A stretch of DNA of 63,968 bases, the filler included, from Octopus bimaculoides (lineage: Eukaryota), in NCBI RefSeq assembly GCF_001194135.2. It is 4 parts of 4 records of this genome, joined end to end, with 100 filler letters (N's around TTAATTAATTAA, not from the genome) between each part and the next. Parts side by side here need not be neighbours in the genome. Positions count along the whole stretch, not along the records: positions 20,018 to 37,285 come from NC_068982.1; positions 37,386 to 61,852 come from NC_068996.1; 2 more parts are not named here. One strand, written 5' to 3'. The translations under genes and the position numbers were made by a program. How positions within the stretch are numbered: the first letter of the stretch is position 1; each line of letters begins with the position of its first letter. The notes under the pieces were generated by a model that worked only from the letters and a program-made list of their open reading frames with translations, did no database searches and was not told the origin of the DNA. Below are positions 24,408 to 38,320 of the stretch, piece after piece.

Positions 24408-24596
24408 AATGGTGTATATATAAGTTTCCTGTACCTTGTGTGTGAGTTCCAGAACTTTTATATACACCATTCTGCTTAAATAATGGAACTGCAGATAAAA
24501 TATCCTTACTTATCTCACACCTGTTTTCAATCCCCCACTTCTCTCTGTATTTTATATCTTCTCTATAAAAACTATTAAGTAAACATTTTTTCGCAC

Positions 24597-24643
24597 TGTC
24601 TCTGATGAAGGGATATATAAAAACCCGGAAACAGCTGTATCAC
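24597..24643 (+). ncRNA. Minimal hammerhead motif, intact core, damaged helix I
   Basis: TGTCT-CTGATGA-AGGG atatataaaa CCCG-GAAA-CAGCTG-TA|TCACC; the inverted copy keeps AGACC, the proper helix I partner. Confidence 0.75.
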
Positions 24644-24709
24644 CTTCTCTTTATAAATGTTCTGAAAAATATTCACAGCCTTGGTATTTTTTATCTCACT
24701 CTGTTAATT

Positions 24710-24796
<87 letters not shown>

Positions 24797-25657
24797 GCAG
24801 TTATACTTCTAAGAGAAAGGTTGTGTGAATATGTGCAACATTTTAAAGATAACAATAGGTTTTTGCTACCCAATTATTTTTACTTCATTTATTTACCATT
24901 TAGAATGACTGACAGCGCCCTTGGGATTTGGAATATTCTCCTCGACTACTCTGTTCGATGCTGTTTATGTCAGTCTGTATCAATGAAACCACTGTTGTTC
25001 CTTGGTAACGATGAAAGTTTCAATATGGCGGAGATTGTTTATCATTACTCTCTCTATCACATTTGAAATGTTGTTAAGTGAGCAAGAAAGGTAATTGCTC
25101 TATATACATTCCAGTTTGCACACATCTATACATGGACGGATGGATGGATGATAGATACATCTGCTGAGAAAGATTCAGTGAGATAAACAGTGAGGGAAAT
25201 AAAGACAAGCAATGAGACAGACAGGCAGATATAGACTGGGGCACTCAGGTAGACAGGTAGGCAAACATTCGAACAGGCAATCAGACAGATAAATAGAAAA
25301 AGAATTTTATGAAGAAAAGATAGATCTGTATATTTTCAAATTTCTGTATAGTTTCAAATATACCTCAGTCTTCTTCAACATATTTTAGCAATAGACAGAA
25401 TTTATTCTAATTTATAGAACGCTATAGTACTACTACTGATACGAGTAAGGAATGAGTCACCGACTTTGACTGTTTACATAACAGCATGTGTGTACTCCGG
25501 TTAGAATAAGGGGAAAGCAGTGTGCGAATTAGTTTAAAATCTGGTTACAGAGTTTGATAATAATCCCCACTTTTCTTTTAATGTGATCTGGTGTCATGTA
25601 CATAAGTTGTGTCGATCTACTTTGTAGCTATGCAGAAACCTACAGGGAATGTTGAAT

Positions 25658-25690
<33 letters not shown>

Positions 25691-26399
25691 AGTGTCTTTG
25701 TATATTAAAGATATCAAAGCAATATAGCTGTTCATCTTTGTCATGCTACAGTGCTTTATCCGTTGTATGTGTGGCTGGAACTAATACCCAGCAACTTTTA
25801 AAGTACCTGAGTTTTTCTTTTCTTTTATTTTTGTACATTTTCATTGAATGTATACAGCTACTTTTTTTGTTCCGGATGAAGTATTTTATATGGAAATGAT
25901 AATTGTAGCATATTGTATTTCATGAGAAAAACTTTGGAAAATAGCCTCTGATGTTCTAGATTAAAGTATTTCCTCTGTCTCTGCAGTAATTCCTGTAATT
26001 GCTTGCCGTGTATTCTTTAAACGTTTATGCTGAAGTATCCAGGCTAATTCCTCCTCAACTGTTAAATGGACTCAAATGTGGAAACTGTTATATCGATATT
26101 ACGCAAGGATATTTTCTATGTCACTTGGAATTTAGAAATATGTACAATCAGTTTTATCTATATTGTCGAACCACTCACCATAAGATTTCTCAAGTGGTTA
26201 TTTCAACATTATTCGTCTGCATGATAAAGAATGGATTTAACTAACGTACCCAACAAAATATTCTACTCAGAACTGCCACTAGATTTGAAAATGTTTCATG
26301 ATTGGAAATGTATATTGGAATTAGTTTCAATGAAAATGGATTTTATGCTGTAATTGTTTCTAGTAATATAAGAATTGCCACAAGACATGGTTTCAGTTT

Positions 26400-26612
26400 A
26401 TCAGTATTGGTTTCAAATTTTGGTAAAAGGCCAGCAGTTTCGGAGGAGTGGGGAAAGTTGATTACATCGACAGCAGGGTTCAACAGGTACTCATTTTATC
26501 GACTCCGAGGGTGAAAGGTAAAGTCGACCTTGGCAGAATTTGAACTCAGAATGTGAAAATGGGCGAAATGCCGCTATGTAATTTACACGGCGTGCTAAAG
26601 ATTCTGCCATCT
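26400..26612 (-). mobile_element. SINE family 1
   Basis: GAAAGGTAAAGTCGACCTTGGCAGAATTTGAACTCAGAA...CTGCCATCTCGC. Confidence 0.85.
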
Positions 26613-26647
26613 CGCAGGATATTAGTATCATAGACACATTTAAGACA

Positions 26648-26858
26648 GCGAATTGGCAGAGTCGTTGGCGCACCGGGTAAATTGCATGGCGACATTTCGT
26701 CCGTCTCACGTTCTGAGTCCAAATTCTACCGAGGTCGACTATGATTTTCATTCCTTCAGGTTCAATAAAATGAGTACCAGTTGAGTACTGGCGTCGATGT
26801 AATCAATTATACCCTCCCCTGAAGTGCTAGCCTTGTGCAAACATTTTGAACCATTATA
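26648..26858 (+). mobile_element. SINE family 1, head-to-head with the previous copy
   Basis: GGCAGAGTCGTT...GAGTCCAAATTCTACCGAGGTCGAC...GCCTTGTGC. Confidence 0.85.
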
Positions 26859-28220
26859 AATATATTATATTTTGCAAGCCTTATTAAAATATGAAAATGG
26901 CTACCCATGGTACTGTGGCTTCTTTCTTTATATGATGACTGGGATATTTAAATGTTATTATTCAAATATTTGTCAACGGAATACATTTTACAATTAATTA
27001 GTGTTTATTCATTCTATTTACGTGTATTAAACGTGTTACACATAGTTTAAAAAGAAGTTTTGAAGCATGTGTTATAATAGTGGATTGAAAGAGATAGTGA
27101 GGGATAGAGAGGAGCAAGAGAGGGGAGAGATGGAGAACAAAAAAACACTGGTGCATGGAAAGAAAAAGGAAATTGATCACTACCATTGGTGCATTGTTTT
27201 GCCTTCAGTACATCAAAATGTCTCAAAGCATAACTTGTACACTAATAGAAGCCAACGAAAAACGATACCAGACAAAAACAAAATTAAAAAAGCTTCCTGA
27301 AATGTAATATCAGGTCCAGAGAATTCAAGCAATGCATGAGATAACACATATTTTAATGTTATAATTTGCAAGATAGAACACCGAGATTTAAGTATGATGT
27401 GAACATTGTGTTATGATACTCACGTATTTATGAAAGTTATATTAGTAACATTGTGAATTTGTTATAGACAGAATCTAAGCGCTAGCCTCAACTCCATGAA
27501 TTCAGTTTAAACTATAAATTTATAAGAGAATGGTATATTCTTCGTTCAAAGCTGAATTTGACTTTAGGAACTGAAGGATTAGCAGGATGAGAGAGGACGT
27601 TGATGAAAAGAATTAATTCTGGCATATATTGCATTCTGCATCTTCTATAACACCTGTAGCACATCTTAATAAATGTGAAGAAGACATTACGACTATGATT
27701 TGTCAAATGTTGCATTTAGATATTCGTGAATGAAATGGCATAAGCACAAATCGTAACCTCATCGTAAACTCGGCTTTCCAGGAGCACACAAACATTGAAT
27801 TTAAACACAAAGAATTTAAGCATCTATAGATAGACCAATAGTGCGACTGTGTACAGTTAATGATGGCTTCATTGAAAGAGTTCTGATTTAAATGTGTACA
27901 GAAATTGTCTATATAAGTATAAAGACGTAAAAATAGAGGAAAAAAGCTTTTCGTTCTTCTTTTTACCCAATATATCTATATATATTATATATACACTTTC
28001 TATACATAAGATTCGAAGCAATATGTGACTCCTTATTTTCCCTGTCTGTCTTTCATTCTTATCAATTTTGTCATATTCTTTTATAGCTTTATATATATAT
28101 ATATTCAAATGTGAATTAGAAGCATTTACAAGTATATATAAACAAAGTCGAACTCAGGAGAAACGCAGCCACCTGACGAACTAACAACACACACACACCT
28201 CATATATGTGTGTTTGACTT

Positions 28221-28271
<51 letters not shown>

Positions 28272-28324
28272 GAATGAGGAAAAAAAAAGAAAATGGAGAA
28301 ATTGACATGCGGACATTATTCTAT

Positions 28325-28460
28325 TCCTTTATTCTTATACTTGGTTCAGTCATTTGACTGCAGCCATGCTAGAGCACTGCGTTTCGTCGAACAAATCACC
28401 TCCAGGACTTATTCGTTTTAAGCCTAATACTTTTTACTATCGATCTCTTGCCGAACCTTG
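28325..28460 (-). mobile_element. SINE family 2, 3' fragment
   Basis: CAGTCATTTGACTGCAGCCATGCTAGAGCAC...GGACTTATTC...TTGCCGAACC. Confidence 0.8.
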
Positions 28461-28699
28461 AGGCTAAGAAAATTATGGAGAAATATGACTTACAAATGAA
28501 GACTTAACCTCTTGATCCCAAACAATTTTCTTTTTTTTGAAAGACTATAAACCATTTTTTTAAATAACCCAACCTTATGTATGTACATCATAATTTTGAA
28601 AAATCTCTACAATTTTGAAATATCTATACAACCGTGAAAAGCTTGTTTATTTTTGGGTTTTCTGATTTATCATTAGTGTTTCCCGGACAAGTCATCATT

Positions 28700-29313
28700 T
28701 ACCTTATTTCCGACCACTGGCCAAGTATACGTGTGGAAACAGCCAAAAGAATCTTTTGACCCAGATTGCCTTCTTCCAACTGTTAAACTTGGAGGAGGAT
28801 CTGTGATGATCTTGAGGGCTATATCTTGGAAATCCGCGGGCCCATTGATTTCTCTTCATGGCAGAATTAATAGTCAAGACTATTCGAGCATTTTATCTGA
28901 TAAAATTCATCCTATGCTTGCGGAACTGTTTCCGGAGGTAAATGCAATCTCTCAGAAGGATAATGCACCAACTCACACAACCAAAGTTGCTACTGAATGG
29001 CACGAGAAATATTCTAGTGAAGTTGAACTCCCTATCTGGCCACCACACTCCCCAGATCTCAATATTATTGATCATTTATGGGGAATTTTAGAAAAACAAG
29101 TAAGGAGTCGATATCATCCACCATCACTACAAGAACTGGAGACTGTTTTAGCTGAAGAATGGACACAAATTCCTTTGGAAATAATTGAAACTTTGTACGA
29201 GTCCATATCTCTTAGACTTCAAGCTACAATTACTGCCAAAGGCGGTCCTACCCCATATTAAAATTAATTTATTTGAAATTTTCAGGTGTTTCCATTATTT
29301 TGTCCAACCCCTG
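28700..29313 (+). mobile_element. Tc1-type DNA transposon, 5'-truncated; DDE-domain C-terminal part and right TIR
   Basis: VYVWKQPKE, TVKLGGGSVM, QKDNAP, WPPHSPDLNIIDHLW, AKGGPTPY*; ends ...GTCCAACCCCTG followed by TA. Confidence 0.92.
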
Positions 29314-29399
29314 TATTCCTCCTTCTAGCTCTATATAGCTCTGATATCGGTGTACTGATCACAAATATTGTAGATAAATATATTCCTTCTTTAGTTAAA

Positions 29400-31050
29400 A
29401 AAATTAAAGCTTAATTTATTGTCTAATTCATTCCAAGGGCTCGACTGGTTTAATTCTATTAATTACAAGAGGTCAATTAAGTTTATCCATTTTGAGATTT
29501 CTAGTTACTAATCCTCTATTAACCCAATTGTACTCAACAAAACACTCTGGTTTGCGCACAACAAAGCAGATCTCACCCGAGATGGAATTAATGTGGTGTT
29601 ACCTGCCAGAAAATCAATAATTCAATTTTAAAATAAGATATGGGTCTGTAAAGATACACCTGACAGTTTTGATGTTACGATGGGAAGTTCTGACTCAGCA
29701 CAATCAGCTGATTTGGTCGGTATATATAAATCCTTTATGAGATGGCTGACCAATTCCCAAACATCAATGGATGTTTATATCGTGATGATTGCCTACTCTA
29801 CCTTCCAAAATGTTTCTAACTAAAAATCACAAAGCGCTAAAAATCGGTTCATTAAATTTTTCCGAAGCATGGGCTAAAAGAATATTTTCGATGATGTTTA
29901 ACTAAAACTAACTTTTTGGATATTAGCCCAAACTTATATAATGATTCATATTTCCCATACTATAAGCCCCCATCTAATTTTAAATATATTAGCTCTTTCA
30001 GTAAAAATTCAATGACTTTTACAAGGAATTTAGTTGAAATTATTTCGCTTAGACTTTCTAGATTATCTGCTAATGTTGATATCTTCAACAATAAAGCTGA
30101 ATTTTGTAACTCTGACTTACTTACGGCAGGCTATAAAGAAAAATAAATTACCTATATTAATCCTATCGACACTAATTCTGCCTCTATTGATCAGGACATG
30201 AAAGCATGTCATAACGGTAATAACAATATACATTTTAGTTCGAATAACAACACTAAATCGAAAAATGTAATTTTGCAGCGTAAGGGAGACAACTCTTCTT
30301 TATATCTCTTTATACGTAATAAGAATAAGTCTAGGACTTTTAAAGATAATTACCCTAACTGTTTGGTTGATCATTTCATATAGTAAGCAGATCAAATCCA
30401 AATTCTCTTACCAGCTTCGTGAAGCTATCGATAAGAACTTCCCCCAAAATTCACGATACCATTCCATTATCAATTCACACCGAATTACGATAGGGTTTTC
30501 AAACTCCAAAAACCTTTCACAAATCATCTCTTCGCTTAACATTAAGTTGTTAAATACAAATCAACTTAATGAAAATAATAACGTTGATATCATTAACCAT
30601 TATTGAACAATAATAACAACAGTATTAATATTTCTGATATAAATTCAAATCGTATTCGTTTCCTTAGCAGTAATTCTAAGACTAGAAGCTCTGTTTATCA
30701 ATGTAAAATTACTTCTGGTTCGGATGTCTTCTGTTACATAGGTAGTTCATCGTCTCAGTTGCCGAAAAGAATATCTAACCATTACTCTACATTTAGACAT
30801 ATCAATAAACGCAACAACACTGGGCTTACTAAATTAATTTGGTCTCTAAAGGAACATAATACACATTTGGATTTGGAATAGAATATTCTATCTAGATCAA
30901 TCCCATATGACAAACATAAATCTTTTTGTCCGGTTTGTAACAAAGAACAATTTCTCGTCCCTTTTCTCGTAGAGTACTCTTGTAAACACGTTTAAAGAAT
31001 GCGTTTATCGTTGCAAACATTGGCAAAAACATACCTTTAGTTCCTAAAAG
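29400..31050 (+). mobile_element. Penelope-like element, decayed: RT C-terminal half, thumb, Asn-rich linker, GIY-YIG
   Basis: ARKSII, FDVTMGSSDSAQSADLVG, YRDD, NFLDI, PYYKP, HRITIGFS, SVYQC...CYIGSS..KRISNHYSTFRH, TGLTKLIWSLK; many stops and frameshifts. Confidence 0.9.
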
Positions 31051-31325
31051 TAATTTCTTCCAATCAATAAAATTCGACCTTTAACTGTCTTCTTACATTA
31101 CATTTCCACTATATATATATANNNNNNNNNNNNNNNNNNNNNNNNNNNNNNNNNNNNNNNNNNNNNNNNNNNNNNNNNNNNNNNNNNNNNNNNNNNNNNN
31201 NNNNNNNNNNNNNNNNNNNNNNNNNNNNNNNNNNNNNNNNNNNNNNNNNNNNNNNNNNNNNNNNNNNNNNNNNNNNNNNNNNNNNNNNNNNNNNNNNNNN
31301 TGTGTGTGTGTGTGTGTGTGTGTGA

Positions 31326-31435
31326 TTACTCAGTTTATTTCAAGATTCCTTGCCAATAGAGAAAGAACCGGTTTCTAACCTAGATCCAAGGCTCCTTCAT
31401 TGGAATTTCAACATCAACAACAGGGTATTTTTGCT

Positions 31436-31478
<43 letters not shown>

Positions 31479-32300
31479 ATGTATGTATGTATGTATGTAT
31501 GTATGTATGTACAAATTTGTATGTTTTATGTATGTATTCTCCTGCATAAAGTTATATATCTAGACATGCTCATATATATTTAAATGATAAACTTCTGGAA
31601 ACTTTTACAAATTTTTAGAGTTCCAGTGGTGGATTGGATCTGTAGCCTTCGAATTAGCTTTCTCCTTTCTGGTTTTGAGAAACCTAAGTTCTCAAGATTG
31701 GCATTTAGAAAGTATATTACATATCACAGGGCCCCAATAATTACAGGTGTAAACCTAAACTTGTAATCTGGACAGAGTAACTGTAGATTTCTCAATCGTT
31801 CAGCATTGGTGTTCTCTTTTTCACTGATCTTTAGCTTTATGTTAACATCCGATGGGCAGCTAATTTACACAACTGTGCACAGTTTCTCTTCTCTATCCCA
31901 AATCATTATATCAGGTCTGCTGTACTTACATTTTATTGAAGTCTTCACTGGTACATTCCACCAGTATTCCTTTTCATTATAAGTGGCCATGACTTCTAGC
32001 ATACTGTGGGTTTCATTTCTTTGCCCTCAGGATTATCCTTCCGAGGGATTTCATTATAGAGTGTCCTAGCTACAACGTTATGTCTCATCGGTGCATAATA
32101 CCGTGATGACATTTTCGGACAACTGCTTATGATGAGGGTGATATCTTCAGTGTGAACTCCACAAAGTCTGCATCGGTTGTCACACTTTACGGCTTTTCCT
32201 GTATCTTTATGCCTTTTGTACATCATTAACTTAGTTGATATTTCCTGTTCCTGGATTGCAAACGCATTCCCTTCAAAGTGGGAGGTAATAATCCGGTAGG
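31326..32300 (-). mobile_element. R4-type RLE LINE family E, 5'-truncated
   Basis: FEGNAFAIQEQEI, CRLCGVHTEDI..IISSC..MSSRYY..RH, EYWWNVPVKT, PDI, EISCP.DVN; 3' UTR with internal (TACA)n matches 58540-58880 and 59500-59730. Confidence 0.9.
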
Positions 32301-32944
32301 TATGTATGTATGTACGTACGTATGTATGTATGTATCTGTGTATGTGTAGGTTACCTCTACAGTGAATGAAAAGGTAAAAATCTAATTTGAAATATATAGT
32401 TTCTATTGTGGGGATAGAATGGAAGTTCCCGGCAAGTTGAATCGGTATTTGATACAAATGAGATAAGAAATTGACAATGATTGGATTGGAAATCTGATCG
32501 TAGAGGGAAGTAATTAGAAACTTAATGTCATTTCATCCAACAATATCTCATTCCTGACACTTCAGTGATGTTGCTAAGCGATGTATTTTATTTGTTAACA
32601 AATAATTCATATATTACATATATAATAATAATGTCATTCGGCAGGGAAACATAACTACACGTTTTAAGAGGGGTGAGGTATAGTCGATCAGTTCGACTTA
32701 ATTTCTTATTGCCTCGTATCATGAAGAATGCCGACCCAGAAAGCCAAGGAACGCAAGTAACTTATTTTCCAGGAATTTATTTTATATATCAGTCAACGTC
32801 ATGCCACTCTATCACTTTTGGCATTTAAAGACTTAATTTATTTAAGCGTAGCAATTGCGTCAGTTCTTGATTAGGGCATATGATCATCAGATTTGGGAAG
32901 AATTGAACTCGGATTATAAAGGAGTATAGCTAAATGCTACATCG

Positions 32945-33160
32945 CATAGTAATTATTTCAAATTTTAGCACAAGACCAACAATTTCAGGGAGAAACTAAG
33001 TCGATAATATCGACCACATTACTCAATGAATACGTATTTTAACGTCCTCAAAAAGACGAAAATTAAAGTCGACCGCGGCGGAATTTGAACTCTGAATATA
33101 AAATCGAACGAAATGCCACTAAGCATTTCACCTGCGTACTAATGATTCTGTGAGCACACT
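32945..33160 (-). mobile_element. SINE family 1, decayed
   Basis: AAAGTCGACCGCGGCGGAATTTGAACTCTGAA...AAATGCCACTAAGCATTTC. Confidence 0.8.
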
Positions 33161-33237
33161 GGCTTCTTCTGCTTCTCATGATATTAATAATAAACAAATA
33201 AACCATTCTTCAGAAACATTATAAAGATATACACATT

Positions 33238-33273
<36 letters not shown>

Positions 33274-36200
33274 CATACATACATACATACATACATTGTA
33301 CGTAGTCAGAGGTGTGTGTGGGTGTGTATATGTGTGTGAGTAACGTCGTGGTCTGTAGAATTTAACTACTTGTTTAAATGCGACTGACATTAATGACGCC
33401 TTTCTTCCCAGCGGAGAAAATTAATTTTCGGCAGATTTCTAAAGTTTTATAAATAAAATGGAATATATCAAGAGATACTCTATTCCAATTTTTCGATATT
33501 TTTTCTGAGTAATGGTAAGATCACATGCTGATTAAACATTGTCCTATCACAATGGAAATTTGAACGTGTGTTACAAAGCCATTGACGAATCTTACAAAGA
33601 CAACTTTTACTGAATTCGAAATTGAATATAAGGTACTAAAAGAAATTTCTGTCACTGTATGAGAATAACAATACATTAACTATGTATAGTAAAAAGGCTT
33701 TAATCTTAAACACAAATGTTTAAAAAATTCAGTAAACCGCTTCTGAACTATCCATATATTTCCTTATTGTCTATGGTATCTCACTTTTCATGCATACTTC
33801 TTTCTCTTTTCTTTCAATTGACCTTTATTGCTATCACTAGATGTACAAACAGTTTTCATTTAACTCGGAGTTATTTTTATATTGGACTATGTTTTTAATC
33901 AATGTTTATGGCTATTTCACTTAGCTTACATCGCTAATGTATTCGAGAAAGCTATAAACATCATGCAATGTTATTTATCGCAGAGAGTTGTAAAGTGACA
34001 GAGTGGTACAATACCAGCCGAAATATCACGCAATATTTAGTTTCCCATTCCTACATTTTTAGTTCAAATCCCACCTGCTTCGATTTCGTTTTTAGTCCTA
34101 ACGAAATCGACGCAATAAGTAAGTCCTACAACAGAACATGTTTACTATATCCATATTTAATGACGGATCCTCTGCCACTTTCTTCAATGAGTGCTGATCT
34201 TTTCGATTAACGTAACACCCGAATTAACGCGCAACCAATTGAGTATGCTATAGACAGATGTAACTTTAACCCCCATTAACTTTATTCCAAGCCCAATCAG
34301 AGTGATGATACAATATTGGGCAAGTTTGAGCCTTTGAATTACAGATGTATATATTTGTGTCAATGTGCCAATAAAAAATGTTTTTGTCATTCACTTATAT
34401 AATATATTTGCAATATTTTTCAAAGAAATCAAGAATTTCTCTGAGCTCGCAACAAGAGCGTCAACCATGTAGTTTTCATTCATTTTTATAAGCAATTTTC
34501 ATTATATTTACATTACAATTCTACATGAAAAAATAATTGAAGTAATGTAATCTCATTCGCTTGCTCCTAATAACAGATATTTTGTATCTCTGAAAAACTA
34601 GTTGTGCATTCGTTCTTTCGTCCATCAATGCATGTCACGCATTGTTGTATAAATTGAACGTTGCTTATATATATTTACACATGTATATCTCCTCTAGAAT
34701 TCGTCTTTACATATCGTATAAATTCTGAACAGAAGAATCTTTGCTATTTTTGCTAAAGGACGTGCGTTCATTTTGCTAACTAATTTATTTTTTGCTATTC
34801 CTCGTACTTTCATGTGTCCGATTTTAATCCCCAATCAATATCGTACAATTTAGTTTGATATACAGTTTAATTACTTTATGGAGGCGTTGTTCACACTGGA
34901 TAGAGAAATAAATCTATAATGAAAGTTCATTCCGGCCATGATCTGGAATATAATACACTGGAATGTTTCTGGAATATTATACACTTTCTGGATTATACAC
35001 TGGAGAATATTATTCAAGTTTTCCTTTGGTATAATTTTAGGATATACTTGCAATGGACTTCGATGTTATGTGTAGCAGGAGCAGAAATCATGTGGAGTGT
35101 CCTTTCTGAAATAGCATTATTCCATATTCCTCAGATTGCAAATTCTATCGTCGACAAATTTACAAGATTCCCTTCTAAACTATGATGTGCTAAATGTTTG
35201 CCACGATTTGCATGATTGATTGATAAAATAAAAATAAACATGAAAAAGTATCTCATTTAATCGATTGGTTTCAAACCATTATTCTCAGTATATTTTTGAT
35301 TTACTGAATATGTCAATACCATTTTGTTAATAAAATGTCCTTTTCGGATCTGGTGAAAATCATTTCCACTAATAGTATAACGTAACTCTTAGTATACCGT
35401 AACTCTAAATTAGAATCTCGTATCTAGCAGTTTGAAATATCCATTACTGTATACAATTCGATAAAAGTTGTTGATGTTGTTGTGGTAGTCAACAGTGATC
35501 GGGCAGGCCTATGATCAATGACATTTAAGTCATGACGATCTCGTCATATTAGGATAGCAAACTAACTTTAGATGTGGCATGAGATCTAATGTTAGATACC
35601 CCCCCCCCGCACCCCAACATGAAAAGAAAAGAATTTCATCTACGTGCACATGAAGTTTTGATATAACTGCAAGAAATAACGCTCATTTATTTCAGCAAAA
35701 ACGTTTGAGAAAACACCGAGGTAGTGGAGTGGTAAGCATTCATGAAATGAAAACTCATCAGCTAAAGCAACATTTACAACCTAGTGCTTAGATACTATTT
35801 CCTGAGATGAAATATGTGGAATTTATGTAGATCAATTTATCTAGATCAACGCCTTATCTCGGTTAATATTTAAGGAGTATCGTATACAATTCCATTAATT
35901 AGATACATTGAAGAGAACAGGTGTATCTCTATTGTTCTAATAAACAACAAAATATCTGCAGTTATTTGTGAACTCAAAATATTTAAGCTAGTCAGTCACA
36001 TACCAACTCCCCTCATCTGTCAAGGCTAAACTCCTTATAATAATTAATTTCATCCATTAGGTCTCAAATTACACTAAGGTTGAATATGTTATACATTCCA
36101 ACACCATATTTTAATGTTGTTTCAATAAGCATTGCATCCTATTAACAATTGTGTAAATTGTCTTAAATTAATAAATATAATAAATACAATTTATTTCAGG

Positions 36201-37285
36201 TACTGACATCTAATTCTGTATTCAAAAGAGTATACAATAACTGTAGGGAGAAATAAAAGCCATGTATGTTTTATTTCTTAGTTTTTATTTTACAGCTATG
36301 CAGGTGAGGGGCGGTATAAATTAAACCCTCAACTACAGCACTTATAAATTTGTATTTAGTTGTTCTGTATATTGACAAATTATCAAATTTAATACGAAAC
36401 AGTCATTATTTTACATTAGTGGTGCTGATATATCTAAAGCTATGATAGCTTTCGTATTTGTTGCAAAGAAACTGTGGATGCCATGGAAACAAGGCATTAT
36501 ACTTTGCAGAGCTAATAAGAAATCGATATTGAAAGATACATCTCTGGGAACTGAAATTTAAAACGTGTGAACATGTGCTGAATATATATGAATAACGTAT
36601 TATTTTTATATATAAAACACGAATAAGAAAAAATAACGTGGAAAAGAAATAACACGAGGTTTCTGCGTGATAAAAATATTCTGAAGAGAAAATAAAAGTG
36701 CGTAAATAGAAATAGTTATGTTTTTTTAATTTTTTTATGGCACACAAAGGCTCTATATTATAAAAGATAAGGGAAATAGAAAACTGAAATGTTCATTAAT
36801 TCACAGTGGTTTTACTTGCGTGATTGAAGTAATGTTCACGTTTAATTAAAAGTGCATCTTCCTTATTGTTTTAGTTATAAATAAGTGAAAATATTCTCCA
36901 GGTTAGTAGGCCCGACGGCGATTGAGATTCAGTAATAAAAATAATATGTATTTTCATGTAAAAATAATGATCCTGTGTAGGAGGTTCAGTTTAATTTCTC
37001 TCATTTATCAATTTTTGTCTTTACGTTCTATTAATTTTTTTAATTATTGCATTTTATATCGCAGTTTTTCAAAAATAGCATCACTGGTGATAGTTTACCC
37101 TCAGAGCAATCAATAATTACCCACATTTCTCAATTACGAGACTCTGTAACTCGGTGCAAAACCATTGCGTCAAAAGTGAGCATCGGCTTTTTAGTTTTTA
37201 TGTCCATGTTTACATTCTTTGTCAATATAACTTGATTAAATGAATCCACATACATACATACATTATATATACATACACACACATC

Positions 37286-37385
37286 NNNNNNNNNNNNNNN
37301 NNNNNNNNNNNNNNNNNNNNNNNNNNNNNTTAATTAATTAANNNNNNNNNNNNNNNNNNNNNNNNNNNNNNNNNNNNNNNNNNNN
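37286..37385. other. Artificial scaffold-joining spacer
   Basis: N44, TTAATTAATTAA at 37330-37341, N44. Confidence 0.97.
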
Positions 37386-37690
37386 AGACCTGGAAATAGA
37401 GATAACTCGAATGTGGAATCTAAAAACAGAAACAATTCCTATCATAGTAGGTGCCTTAGGTATAATAAAAAAATATTCAGACAAATACATAACAAAAACA
37501 CCAGGACTTACAAATATATATAACATACAGAAAATTGCACTACTGGGTACTGCACACATTCTACGCAAAACACTTTCAATACAGTAAACATAAGAGCACC
37601 ACAGCAAACCACAGCACATACCCAAGGCGCACAGAGCTGCGCTCGGTAGTGAAGTGAAAGCACGTTATAAAAATAAAACTACTGAATAAT
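37386..37690 (+). mobile_element. R4/Dong-type LINE family A, young 3' end with (TAA)n tail
   Basis: DLEIEITRMWNLKTETIPIIVGALGII...QKIALLGTAHILRKTLSIQ*; about 97% like 43483-43782 (8 differences in ~300 nt by hand). Confidence 0.92.
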
Positions 37691-37721
37691 GACAATAATA
37701 ATAATAATAATAATAATGATA

Positions 37722-37896
37722 ATAATCCTTTCTGCTGTAGGTACAAAGCCAGCAATTTTGGGGGAGGTTATTAGTCGATTACATCGACCCTAGTGTTTCA
37801 TTGGTACTTATTTCATCGACCCCGAAAACATGGAAGTCAAAGTCGACCTCGGTGGAATTTGAACTCAGAACGTAGCGGTGGGCAAAATACCGTTAA
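37722..37896 (-). mobile_element. SINE family 1 (tail X), tail-to-tail with the Dong copy via a shared (TAA)n
   Basis: AAAGTCGACCTCGGTGGAATTTGAACTCAGAACG. Confidence 0.85.
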
Positions 37897-38292
37897 GAAA
37901 TGCAGACTCTGTGGAAAAAGTTTTGAAAATGTGACCCACTTGGTAAGTGGATGTGAGAGCCTTGCACAAAAAGCATACAAGCGCTGCCACGGTAAAATGA
38001 AAAAATCACTAAGTACTCCGAATTGAAAGCGGAAATGGCAAGACTGTATGGAATGCGAGAGAGTAATGTAAAAGTGATACCAGTGGTGATCGGAGCGTTG
38101 GGTTCAATCCCATTGAAATTTCAAGACTTCTTAAGGCAACTGGAAATCCCATGCAAGATTGATGTCGTGCAAAAAGCAGCCTTATTGGGCATAGCGCACA
38201 TCTTAAGGAAATTATTATCTGTCTGAGGGCCTTGTGACTTGACAAATGACTAAAGATTCCGGCGCATTTTTACCTACACTGTGTTACGAAGG
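37897..38292 (+). mobile_element. R4/Dong-type LINE family C, internally deleted 3' fragment
   Basis: KCRLCGKSFENVTHLVSGCESLAQKAYKRCH fused to VIPVVIGALGSIP...QKAALLGIAHILRK; (TAA)n tail. Confidence 0.85.
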
Positions 38293-38320
38293 AATAATAA
38301 TAATAATAATAATAATAATA

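Noticed and set aside
24900-26250. Several exon-like higher-complexity patches
   Set aside because: Stops in most frames and no consistent strand or phase; cannot support a gene
33400-37250. 4 kb of complex AT-rich sequence with short ORFs (for example 34871-35185)
   Set aside because: No motif recognised; treated as unique non-coding DNA or ancient repeats
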